A DNA stretch of 52,189 nt from a virus (taxonomy: Duplodnaviria > Caudoviricetes): positions 1 to 52,189 of IMG/VR virus record IMGVR_UViG_3300040960_002552, one strand, 5' to 3'. Under the pieces are notes generated by a model. It was not told where the DNA came from. It saw only the letters and a list, made by a program, of their open reading frames with translations, and made no database searches. This document shows positions 8,022-16,245 of this stretch, piece after piece (position 1 is the first letter of the stretch; each line of letters starts with the position of its first letter). The translations under genes were made by a program, and so were the position numbers.

Positions 8022-10195
8022 GATACATCAAAAACCTGAGAGATAAAGAAGCCCGAAACATTGAACCAAGTAAACTCCCGAAGAATAAACCGAACTTCAA
8101 AAGTAAAGCGGAGTTTAGGGATTGGAGTTCCTCCGTGGACACTGACCACGCCTTCATTAGTATGTGCGAGGGAGATACCCCTGGAGAGAGAGTTTCAAAC
8201 AGCAACCACGTCAATAGAGTATTGGGGTTCATTGCAGACTATGATGCCCCAGTAGATTGGGATGTCGCAGAGATACAAATAAATGATACGACTCCCTACG
8301 CTCCGAAGTGGATTTGCAAAACCTTCAGTGGATACGCCAGGGCTATTTGGGAGTTTGAAGAGCCGCTCCCCATTGATAAAAACCTTTATGACACCTTCAT
8401 AAGAGAGATTGGCAAAGCCACGAAAGCACAGCGATTGCTGGCGGGGTTCGATGATTGCGCTTTCAAGCCTAACCAATATTTTGAAGCGGGAGAAGATTGG
8501 AAAGAAATAGGCAAGCCCCTGCCCTGCTCCGTTATTCATGCGGCTCTTAACAGAGCGATCCAGAAGAAACCAATCGTAGCGTCAGACATCACAGTCCCGC
8601 TCGATGTTATTGCCGAAAAAGTAGAAGAAGTCTTCCCCGGTAGGTGGTTAGGGGACTTCGAAATCGGGGCGCGAGGTCCACTATTCTGGATAGGGGATGG
8701 GATCAACCGCGAAGGTTGCCAAGTCGGAGAAGATGGAATGATCTGCTACAGCGACAGGGCAGGAAAAGGGTTTGTGTCGTGGAGAGACATCTTCGGTTCT
8801 GCTTTCATTGAGAAATATGAGGAGAAGAAAATTGCAGTGGTCCTCGATGACTACTGGTTCAATGGGAGGTCATTTTACAAGCTGCTGCACGGGTGTGCTG
8901 TTACAATACCGAAGGACCAGTTAATTCTGGAGCTTAGACAAAAGGGGTTCTCGACAAAAACCAAGAAAGGGCAGTCCATCTCTGAAGTGGATTCGGCGGT
9001 ATTGATGGTCAGCAACCAAAACCGCGTAGACGAAATTGCACCAGTTGTCTTCTCAAACGAGAGGTTAGTGACCTATAATGGACACCGAATCCTTAACAAC
9101 GCATCCAATAAAGCAATCCAGCCAGCGGACTCAGGCGACCCAAAAAATTGGCCCTTCCTACACGGGTGGCTTTCCCAACTGTTCAGCCCAGCGGAGGACA
9201 GACCAGCCACAGATTACTTTTATTCTTGGATGAAGCGTTTCTATGATGCGGCCTTAAACTTCAAGTTCCAGCAGGGGCAAGCACTCCTCTTAGTGGGAAT
9301 GACTAACAAAGGGAAGTCACTGCTTTCTAACCGGGTGATCGGGGATTTGGTTGGGGGATTCGCTGACGCGAGCGACTATTTGAGCGGACACACCAAATTC
9401 AATAAAGACCTGGGCAGGTCAGCGGCCTGGGTAATTGATGACACGGTTAGTGCGGCATCTTTTGAAGACCAACGAAAAGCCACTGAGCTTATCAAGAGAG
9501 CAGTAGCCAACCCAAGAATCGAGTATCAAGCGAAGTATGCCGACACGCTTTCAGTCCCGTGGACGGGCAGGGTGATTATGTCTCTGAACATGGATGCGAA
9601 TAGTCTCACAGTTATCCCCGCGCTTGACTCATCAAACCGGGATAAGATTATGGCACTCCGTATTTCAGATTTCGCAACGAGTGATTTCCCCCCTAGCCAT
9701 GACCTTGAGCAAACTATTGAAATGGAACTCCCTCACTTTGCAAAATTTCTTCTTGATTGGCAGATCCCGCAAGAACTAAATGATTTCAGCAGGTTCGGAG
9801 TTGACTCATTCATTGATGAATCAATCGTCTCTGCCGCATACGACAACTCAAGTAGAAGTGCTATCGCAGAGCTTGTAGAGTTCTTTGTAGAGAAATACAG
9901 AGACGCAGAAAACTTAGATGACGAATCTTGGAGGGGGACATTGACGAACTTCCAAGTCCTAGTGCATGAATTTAACAACGGACGTTCTGTTGGTATGTCA
10001 CAAAACCTAGAGTTTGTTCGAAGAGGGTTTTGTGCTATGGAAGAAGCTCATAAAGCCAACCCAAGACTGCGCCCGATAAAATCTTCGGGACATGGTGGGG
10101 GAAAGAAGTGGACAATAGATTTAAGTCCAAAATATGACATAGACAATTACTTGTCCTTCAATGATTCTGAAATAGACACAAACGAACCCTTCTAA
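8018..10195 (+). CDS. Primase-helicase (PrimPol-like N-terminus, SF3/D5-like C-terminal ATPase)
   Basis: ADYD motif in the N-terminus; LLLVGMTNKGKS Walker A, KFN, WVIDD Walker B, AKY. Confidence 0.8.
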   Translation: MRYIKNLRDKEARNIEPSKLPKNKPNFKSKAEFRDWSSSVDTDHAFISMCEGDTPGERVSNSNHVNRVLGFIADYDAPVDWDVAEIQINDTTPYAPKWICKTFSGYARAIWEFEEPLPIDKNLYDTFIREIGKATKAQRLLAGFDDCAFKPNQYFEAGEDWKEIGKPLPCSVIHAALNRAIQKKPIVASDITVPLDVIAEKVEEVFPGRWLGDFEIGARGPLFWIGDGINREGCQVGEDGMICYSDRAGKGFVSWRDIFGSAFIEKYEEKKIAVVLDDYWFNGRSFYKLLHGCAVTIPKDQLILELRQKGFSTKTKKGQSISEVDSAVLMVSNQNRVDEIAPVVFSNERLVTYNGHRILNNASNKAIQPADSGDPKNWPFLHGWLSQLFSPAEDRPATDYFYSWMKRFYDAALNFKFQQGQALLLVGMTNKGKSLLSNRVIGDLVGGFADASDYLSGHTKFNKDLGRSAAWVIDDTVSAASFEDQRKATELIKRAVANPRIEYQAKYADTLSVPWTGRVIMSLNMDANSLTVIPALDSSNRDKIMALRISDFATSDFPPSHDLEQTIEMELPHFAKFLLDWQIPQELNDFSRFGVDSFIDESIVSAAYDNSSRSAIAELVEFFVEKYRDAENLDDESWRGTLTNFQVLVHEFNNGRSVGMSQNLEFVRRGFCAMEEAHKANPRLRPIKSSGHGGGKKWTIDLSPKYDIDNYLSFNDSEIDTNEPF

Positions 10196-10377
10196 GGGTT
10201 GGGGTCATCAAATTGGATTTCTGAAGCGATTTCCGCAATAATCCAAGACAGGCATAGAAGTATGTCTGTCTTTTTGTATCCCTCATCAATCAAGTATCGA
10301 ATTGATTTAGTTATAGTGTCGTCTATCGCTTTTTGTTCTTCCCCAAAAAGGGAGTCTCCAAACTCTTCGGATGCCAT
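10192..10377 (-). CDS. Hypothetical protein
   Basis: 61-aa ORF ending at the convergence point of the replication and late blocks. Confidence 0.5.
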   Translation of the reverse strand: MASEEFGDSLFGEEQKAIDDTITKSIRYLIDEGYKKTDILLCLSWIIAEIASEIQFDDPNP

Positions 10378-10796
10378 TTTTCTAAGTATTCTTTGAACTC
10401 TTGAGTTCTTTTTTTACCAAAGGGACGTTTATTTCCGATCTTCCTTTTACTACCGGAGTAACCTCGCTCTGTTAGGTATTCCTTAGCTTTATCTATTACC
10501 CCAGGACTATCTTTTAAAAGACCCAGAGCAGCATTGCATTTCCTACATAGAATACCTCTAATCTCGTTGTTTTTGTGGTTGTGGTCTACGGTATAGTTCT
10601 TCTGGCTTAAAGGTTCTCGACAGATGTCACATTTACCTCCACTTTTCGATAGGATAGATAAGAATTTTTCAAAGCTAGTGTTGTATTTCTTTACTTTAAC
10701 CGACAAGTCTCTATTCCATTTCTTCCAATACTGTGCTTCCCGCTGTTTTTTTCTTTTTATTTCTCTTTTCTCTTCTTCCTCACTTTTTTTAGACAT
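10323..10796 (-). CDS. Endonuclease VII-family nuclease
   Basis: CDIC...VDHNH....IRGILCRKCNAALG signature. Confidence 0.85.
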   Translation of the reverse strand: MSKKSEEEEKREIKRKKQREAQYWKKWNRDLSVKVKKYNTSFEKFLSILSKSGGKCDICREPLSQKNYTVDHNHKNNEIRGILCRKCNAALGLLKDSPGVIDKAKEYLTERGYSGSKRKIGNKRPFGKKRTQEFKEYLEKWHPKSLETPFLGKNKKR

Positions 10797-10820
10797 AATA
10801 AATAGGGGGGCGTATAGTCT

Positions 10821-11606
10821 TCATGAGGAATTAGTTAGGGATAATAGTCTAGTCCTATACTCAGGCATAGGCATTGATAGGGAACCACCAGGATCTACCT
10901 TTCTTCCAGGCGAAACTTCATCGTGACCAAGGATGTAGGGGACTTGGAAACAATCGTATTGGTCCCACAACCACAGTAAAAGTTTAGTTAAACTATTTTC
11001 CTGCTCCTTGGTAAACTTGTAGTAATACCCTGGAGCAATGTTTTTGTTTTTTCTTACTTCTAAGCGACACTTATCTTCGGGGTAAGGCTCAGTCCGGTCG
11101 AACCAAGCGGTCTTGCGTTTGTCCAAATGACCTGGACATATAACCTCGATACCGACCACTCTGTTGGAAACGTAAGACCCCAGCCCGTCGTAGTAACTTT
11201 TCCCCGCGTGATACCCCCACTGATTCAGTGGGAAGTTTTGTCCAACATTCCCTTCTTCGTCGATTACAAAATAGGTGAACCCCTGCCTTGCCTGATAAGA
11301 CAAAGCGGACTTTAGGCTCTGGTTTTCTCTACCAGCCGTCCAGTGGACGATTGCGCCCTCTGGCCCACCACTTGGATACCTCCCTCTTGTCTTAGACGGG
11401 GTAAAATTTGTCTCTGCTTGGGGATACCACAAAGACCGCTGGTTGGATCTCTTAGATTCTTTACTACTAAGAGAGATAGAGTTATCGCGATCAACTGCTG
11501 CTGACTCACCCAACAAACGGTTAACTACTCTCAGTGCTTTAGCGTGGCTATCGCTTGTCCAGTTTTTAAGATGCCACCGGAGCGTATATAGATCATTCTT
11601 GTTCAT
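10821..11606 (-). CDS. Endolysin, N-acetylmuramoyl-L-alanine amidase (Amidase_2)
   Basis: IVHWTAG, YHAG.S, SN..VGIE, ILGHDEVSPGRKVDPG. Confidence 0.9.
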   Translation of the reverse strand: MNKNDLYTLRWHLKNWTSDSHAKALRVVNRLLGESAAVDRDNSISLSSKESKRSNQRSLWYPQAETNFTPSKTRGRYPSGGPEGAIVHWTAGRENQSLKSALSYQARQGFTYFVIDEEGNVGQNFPLNQWGYHAGKSYYDGLGSYVSNRVVGIEVICPGHLDKRKTAWFDRTEPYPEDKCRLEVRKNKNIAPGYYYKFTKEQENSLTKLLLWLWDQYDCFQVPYILGHDEVSPGRKVDPGGSLSMPMPEYRTRLLSLTNSS

Positions 11607-11613
11607 CGCCTAA

Positions 11614-12480
11614 CTAAAGGTTTCGAAGCTTTGCGCTGGGGAAATACTTTTTCGCGTTAGATCTTAGCTTATCTCGATCTCCGGCCTTCTCCTCTTCTGT
11701 ATTTAGTCTAGAGAGGATCTCATTAGTAATTCTTGCGTCTACCGTCTCTTCATACAATCCTTGAAAACCTTTTTCAAAAGGTGAGTTAGACAAACCTCTT
11801 AAAACTGGCTCGCCTACGTTTTTTTGAATAGCCGCGTCCACCCCCCTTAAAAATCTGTATGCCGGAGCTAGGGTTCTATCATTTCCTACAGTGTCAATCT
11901 GAGATTCCGCCATATTTCTTCGAAGCATATCAAAAAGTCGCGGCTCCTCTCTTTGCCCTACGTCATTTAATGCCAGTGCCGCCCCGGCTAACTCTCGATT
12001 CGGCTTCGGCTTTGGCTTCGGCTTCTGCTTCTGCTTCGGGGGCATAAGCTTCGGGGCAGGGGCTGTGGCCACGAACTTCGGGGCAGGGGCCGAAGTCTTA
12101 GGTTTTGAAGGAGACTTCACCTTTTTTCCGCCTTTTAAAGCCAAGGAAAGAACAGCTTGAGATGTTATATCTGCTGCTGCTTCTGGGTCTTCTTCAGCTT
12201 CACTAACAAAATCAGACCCTGCTTTAGCAACCCTTTGCGCGTAGCCTTTTGCTCCTAAGTCTGAAAGACTTTTTAATTCATTTTTTGAAAAAGAAGCTAC
12301 ACCTCTAACTACCCCCTCCGGGTCAGATATTATATTTAAAAGGTCGCCCACGTCTTCTGGAATTGATCTTTTTAGCTCAGAATAATATTCAGCCCACCCC
12401 TCTTTGGTTTTAAACCAAGGAGTATCTTTTGAGTTTTCGGCAACCTTGTTTTCAACCGCAGATAAAAAAGAATCACTCAT
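11614..12480 (-). CDS. Hypothetical protein with Pro/Lys-rich linker
   Basis: 288-aa ORF inside the lysis region. Confidence 0.7.
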   Translation of the reverse strand: MSDSFLSAVENKVAENSKDTPWFKTKEGWAEYYSELKRSIPEDVGDLLNIISDPEGVVRGVASFSKNELKSLSDLGAKGYAQRVAKAGSDFVSEAEEDPEAAADITSQAVLSLALKGGKKVKSPSKPKTSAPAPKFVATAPAPKLMPPKQKQKPKPKPKPNRELAGAALALNDVGQREEPRLFDMLRRNMAESQIDTVGNDRTLAPAYRFLRGVDAAIQKNVGEPVLRGLSNSPFEKGFQGLYEETVDARITNEILSRLNTEEEKAGDRDKLRSNAKKYFPSAKLRNL

Positions 12481-12495
12481 GTAAATCCAATCTTT

Positions 12496-12747
12496 TTATT
12501 TTTGACCATAAGGCTTTCCTGTTAGCAAAGCCATTATATAGCTGTAGTGAGAATGAAACTTCTGCCCCCTACCCTCGATCACACCTTCCTTAAACTGATA
12601 GGTCTTACCCTTTACCAAGGTCAGGGTAGGCGGATCGTAGAGTGCGGAGTTGTTCTTCTGCGCCTCGCTTTCTTCTAGCGAGGACTTCGATACGCAGCTT
12701 GTCAGCAGGGGTAGCGCGATCACCAAGACGATGGATTTCATCTTCAT
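12496..12747 (-). CDS. Lipoprotein, putative o-spanin (Rz1-like)
   Basis: MKMKSIVLVIALPLLTSC signal peptide and lipobox; starts inside the upstream gene in another frame. Confidence 0.7.
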   Translation of the reverse strand: MKMKSIVLVIALPLLTSCVSKSSLEESEAQKNNSALYDPPTLTLVKGKTYQFKEGVIEGRGQKFHSHYSYIMALLTGKPYGQK

Positions 12748-12859
12748 ATTTATGGATCTCTCGCTGTATTGAACGCATTTCCCGAATGGGAAAGACAAAC
12801 TTGTAATAAGAAGCAACAGCAGACAAAGCTGAAGTGACTGCTGCCAGGGCTGCACCCAT
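12605..12859 (-). CDS. Putative i-spanin (Rz-like)
   Basis: N-terminal hydrophobic segment, then a helical charged region; lies between holin and lipoprotein. Confidence 0.55.
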   Translation of the reverse strand: MGAALAAVTSALSAVASYYKFVFPIREMRSIQREIHKYEDEIHRLGDRATPADKLRIEVLARRKRGAEEQLRTLRSAYPDLGKG

Positions 12860-13033
12860 TTACTCTTTTTCAGCTTTCTGGCGGACAGACCAGACGATAC
12901 CAATAAGCGTGATAATACTACCAACCGCTTCAAGCATCATCTGTTCATCGAGGCCAATGCCCTTAGTGACCAAAAGCCCCCCGGAAAAAGTGAGAAGGTG
13001 GCGTACGACTCCTAGAATGGATTCTTTATTCAT
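12860..13033 (-). CDS. Putative holin
   Basis: 57 aa, two hydrophobic segments, ILGVVRHLLTF.GG...IVWS..K pattern, charged C-terminus. Confidence 0.7.
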   Translation of the reverse strand: MNKESILGVVRHLLTFSGGLLVTKGIGLDEQMMLEAVGSIITLIGIVWSVRQKAEKE

Positions 13034-13090
13034 GTGGTTTTTTGTGTTTTTGGGTTTTGTCGTTTTGAATTTATTCAAAACATAAATTGG

Positions 13091-13447
13091 TTATAGTATG
13101 TTTACTACTCTGGAAGCTGCCCCACCGAAAGGCTCTATGTTCATTTCGGGTTTCACCATGCCACGGTAGGCACTCTTTTCTTGATCTAGCAACGCATTGC
13201 AGACGTTCCAGTGGTAGTCAGCGCGTTGAACATCTGCGTTGTCTTCTGCTACCGTAGCTAAAAGACCATGTTTAATAGCATTTACGTTAGAAAGATAGAC
13301 AATATCATCGTCGTTAAAGAGCGTCTCAAACCCACGCTTTAAAAGAACAAACACTGATTTGTCTGAACTAGATGGGTTGGAGAGCCGAAACCTACGGTAT
13401 CGAGCTACTTCGTTTCCTCTACCTTTCGCTAATGTGAGAGTCGCCAT
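13091..13447 (-). CDS. Virion/tail-associated protein, probably the C-terminal half of the upstream gene
   Basis: In frame with 13469-14257 and separated from it only by TAG plus 7 sense codons. Confidence 0.7.
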   Translation of the reverse strand: MATLTLAKGRGNEVARYRRFRLSNPSSSDKSVFVLLKRGFETLFNDDDIVYLSNVNAIKHGLLATVAEDNADVQRADYHWNVCNALLDQEKSAYRGMVKPEMNIEPFGGAASRVVNIL

Positions 13448-13468
13448 ATTAATAATAGTATCTTTTTC

Positions 13469-14257
13469 CTACGGTGGTGCGGGTGAGCTTGATGAGCTTG
13501 ATGAGCTTGATGAGCTTGATGAGCTTGATGAGCTTGATGAACTTGATGAACTTGATGAACTTGATGAACTTGACGCACTTGACGAGCTTGACGAGCTTGA
13601 TGCACTTGACGAGCTTGATGCACTTGACGAGCTTGATGCACTTGACGAGCTTGAACTTGAACTTGAAGAACTCGACTCAGCGTCTTCCACTGCTTGAACT
13701 TCTACTTTTTCATAAAAGCCTTTGAACCGTATCTCCAATACAGAAACTGCTTTTGTGGCGTGAGGCTCCGTAGTTATCATGCTCGCGCTCCCATCCAACA
13801 CGAACTCATGGACTTTCTTAGATCCATCCGACCTCTCGTAAGTTACGAACACAGACCCTTCAGAGGGGAGTGCCGTCCGGGGCGTGATGGGAACAACCTT
13901 TATCTGATAAAGAGAAGACTCGTTTAAGTCAATAATAGTAGGGTGTAAACCGTCATCGACAATTCCGTAAACTGGGCCTGGACCCCCCGAATAAAGGCCA
14001 GAGGTCTTGTAGTCTTGCCACCTAGCCCTCATATCACTAGGTAAGTTATCAACCACAGCAGATAGCACGGACTCCGCGTTTTCTGGTAGAGAAAAGTATT
14101 CGTGGTCTGTTACGATAGTCCTTTCAAACACCAAATCTCTCCAGTATCCCAAACCATATAGTCTGGGGAGAACTTGATTCAAATAAGGCAAAAACTGAGA
14201 TTCAGACTCAAGATAGCTTGAGAGAGTGGTTTTTAAGGTAGCTACGGTAACTGCCAT
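13469..14257 (-). CDS. Virion/tail (adaptor-like) protein ending in a poly-Ser tail
   Basis: ATG at 14257 directly below a sigma70-like promoter; YLNQVLPRLY...W start; about 64-residue Ser tract at the C-terminus. Confidence 0.7.
   Translation of the reverse strand: MAVTVATLKTTLSSYLESESQFLPYLNQVLPRLYGLGYWRDLVFERTIVTDHEYFSLPENAESVLSAVVDNLPSDMRARWQDYKTSGLYSGGPGPVYGIVDDGLHPTIIDLNESSLYQIKVVPITPRTALPSEGSVFVTYERSDGSKKVHEFVLDGSASMITTEPHATKAVSVLEIRFKGFYEKVEVQAVEDAESSSSSSSSSSSSASSSSSASSSSSASSSSSSSSASSSSSSSSSSSSSSSSSSSSSSSSSSSSSSPAPP
13484..13675 (-). repeat. 9-bp tandem repeat encoding poly-Ser
   Basis: gatgagctt / gatgaactt / gatgcactt / gacgagctt units on the + strand. Confidence 0.95.
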
Positions 14258-14262
14258 AGGGC

Positions 14263-14291
14263 ATTCTAACGGCAAAACCCCTTTTATTCAA
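14263..14291 (-). promoter_or_regulatory. Sigma70-like promoter, probably giving a leaderless mRNA
   Basis: TTGAAT-17 bp-TAGAAT, 5 nt above the ATG at 14257. Confidence 0.65.
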
Positions 14292-14422
14292 GTCAGAAGC
14301 CTAATCAGAATATAGGGCTAAATCAAATTATTAGGGGGTTTCGGGGGTATTGCTACACTATGGGTGAATTTTCTTGAAAATAATCTAATCTTCTATTAGA
14401 GGTCAGTAGTAATTTAATTGAA

Positions 14423-15424
14423 ATGAGAAAAATAATATTCCAAAACAAACTTAGCTTAGGGGATGTCGTGGTATGCACCGCAGCAATTCGTGACCTCCAT
14501 CGTGCGTATCCAGGGGAATTTAAAACAGGTTACACAGGAACCGCGCCAGAACTATTTAAGAATAACCCCCACATAGAAAATTTTAATGATACGGGGGGAG
14601 TTGAGACAATAGTATTAAAATACCCCGCAATCAACACAAGCAATCAACGCCCCCTACACTTCATTGGGGCTTACCATGAGTTCTTGGAAGAAAAGCTCTA
14701 CCTTAAAATCCCCGTAACAGAGTTCAAGGGCGACATCCATTTGTCCGATGAAGAGAAGGGGTGGACGAACCAAGTTCAAAACATCACTAAATATGAGGTT
14801 CCTTTTTGGATTATAGTTTCGGGCGGTAAGTATGATTTTACTTGTAAGTGGTGGGATCACAAAAAGTATCAACAAGTGGTCGATTCTCTAAAGGGGGAGA
14901 TACTATTCGTGCAAGTAGGGTCTGATAACCACCACCACCCTCCCCTCAAAGGGGCGATTGATTTAAGGGGGAAAACCGATGTCAGGCAGCTAGTCAGACT
15001 CGTCTACCATAGTTCTGGAGTCGTGTGTCCGGTTACAGGAATTATGCACATGGCAGCAGCGGTCCCCACAAAGCAACCGGGGTCTACAAGACCTTGTGTA
15101 GTGGTCGCAGGAGGCAGGGAGCCAGTTTCTTGGGAACATTACCCCCCTCACCAGTTCCTCCATACACAAGGGATGCTGGACTGTTGTAAAAAAGGTGGGT
15201 GTTGGAAGTCTAGGGTGGAGCCTAGAAATGACGGGTCTAAGCAAGACTCCTGCCTGTGTAGCTTACCTGTTATCCCCGAGGGAGGGGGAATTGCCGTCCC
15301 TAAGTGTATGGACATGATCTCCTCCGACGACGTTGTGAGGTCAATAAGAAAATATATCGAAGGGGGAGCTTCCCCGACTGTTAACGATATAATTTGGTCT
15401 GGGGTGAAGCAGCACCTTACTTAA
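14423..15424 (+). CDS. GT9-family (heptosyltransferase-like) glycosyltransferase with Cys-rich C-terminal insert
   Basis: LGDVVVCTAAIRDL, KWW...YQQVV, IDLRGKT, TGIMHMAAA; CC...CW...CLC...CMDMIS. Confidence 0.85.
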   Translation: MRKIIFQNKLSLGDVVVCTAAIRDLHRAYPGEFKTGYTGTAPELFKNNPHIENFNDTGGVETIVLKYPAINTSNQRPLHFIGAYHEFLEEKLYLKIPVTEFKGDIHLSDEEKGWTNQVQNITKYEVPFWIIVSGGKYDFTCKWWDHKKYQQVVDSLKGEILFVQVGSDNHHHPPLKGAIDLRGKTDVRQLVRLVYHSSGVVCPVTGIMHMAAAVPTKQPGSTRPCVVVAGGREPVSWEHYPPHQFLHTQGMLDCCKKGGCWKSRVEPRNDGSKQDSCLCSLPVIPEGGGIAVPKCMDMISSDDVVRSIRKYIEGGASPTVNDIIWSGVKQHLT

Positions 15425-15579
15425 ACGGACCCAGAGGTTTTCGGAGATCCATGACTGCTGCTACTGCTGCTACTGCTGCTACTGCTGCTACTGCTGCTAC
15501 TGCTGCTACTGCTGCTACTGCTGCTACTGCTTCCACTGTCGCTGCCTCCATACCCTCCTCCACTGCTACTATCGCTCAT
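15421..15579 (-). CDS. Ser/Gly micro-protein (52 aa, not in ORF track)
   Basis: MSDSSSGGGYGGSDSG(S)n HGSPKTSGSV; ATG lies 5 nt after the stop of 15585-16241. Confidence 0.65.
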   Translation of the reverse strand: MSDSSSGGGYGGSDSGSSSSSSSSSSSSSSSSSSSSSSSSSSHGSPKTSGSV

Positions 15580-15584
15580 ATTAT

Positions 15585-16241
15585 CTATTCGTCTGGGTAA
15601 GCTGAGTTAATGAACTTCTCGTTATGTATAAATTGATTCTCAGTTCTATCAGGGAATCTAAGGTTTCGGAACCCTTTGCGAATCCCACTCAGACGAACGC
15701 AAACTCTTTTGGGCCTCATGAACAAGGGGAGAGACAAGATTATTTCTTGACCCTCAACCCTGGCGTATTTCACACCCCCTGAGTCCCCGATAGCAGAAAT
15801 TACCCTAACCGTATCTGGCTCACACACTTCTAAAAATTTTTCATCTAGCGGGGTCTTACTAAACCTCTTAGTAGGAAAAATCTCTACGTGGTCATCAAAG
15901 CGAACTTCCGGCATCTCAGCAATAAATAAAGCGGCATACCCTGTTTCATTCCAAGAACAAGGGACGATAGCGGTGGACTTAGAGCTACTACTACTGCTGC
16001 TAGGGGGGCTACTACTGCTACTACTACTACTACTTTCTTCGCTAAATATAAAAGCAGGGTCATTTAAATATAAACCTATCGGGGAAAAATCAGAAATGGG
16101 GTTGTCGGGCCAAGGCCCAACCTCTATGGGTCCATACAGCAGATCCGGGTTAGGTATCTGAGTTTCTACCCCAGTTAAGTCCCCAAAAGACTCTTCGGGT
16201 GGGGGTGCGTTCACCTGGGGATACTGAAAATCTTCGGCCAT
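15585..16241 (-). CDS. Virion-region protein with internal poly-Ser linker
   Basis: Acidic Pro-rich N-terminus, EESSSSSSSSSPPSSSSSSSK linker, globular C-terminal domain. Confidence 0.7.
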   Translation of the reverse strand: MAEDFQYPQVNAPPPEESFGDLTGVETQIPNPDLLYGPIEVGPWPDNPISDFSPIGLYLNDPAFIFSEESSSSSSSSSPPSSSSSSSKSTAIVPCSWNETGYAALFIAEMPEVRFDDHVEIFPTKRFSKTPLDEKFLEVCEPDTVRVISAIGDSGGVKYARVEGQEIILSLPLFMRPKRVCVRLSGIRKGFRNLRFPDRTENQFIHNEKFINSAYPDE

Positions 16242-16245
16242 TAAT

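Noticed and set aside
13469-13471. Genome-wide amber recoding (genetic code 15)
   Set aside because: Long genes are intact in the standard code, other TAG stops are true gene ends, and no suppressor tRNA was seen
13359-13725. Poly-DEL, poly-MSL and poly-HQA ORFs
   Set aside because: Alternative frames of the 9-bp Ser repeat; the Ser frame is continuous with a real gene
15394-15600. + strand poly-TAA (Thr-Ala-Ala) ORF
   Set aside because: Antisense frame of the Ser micro-protein; TTG start inside the GT gene; the - strand ORF fits the operon
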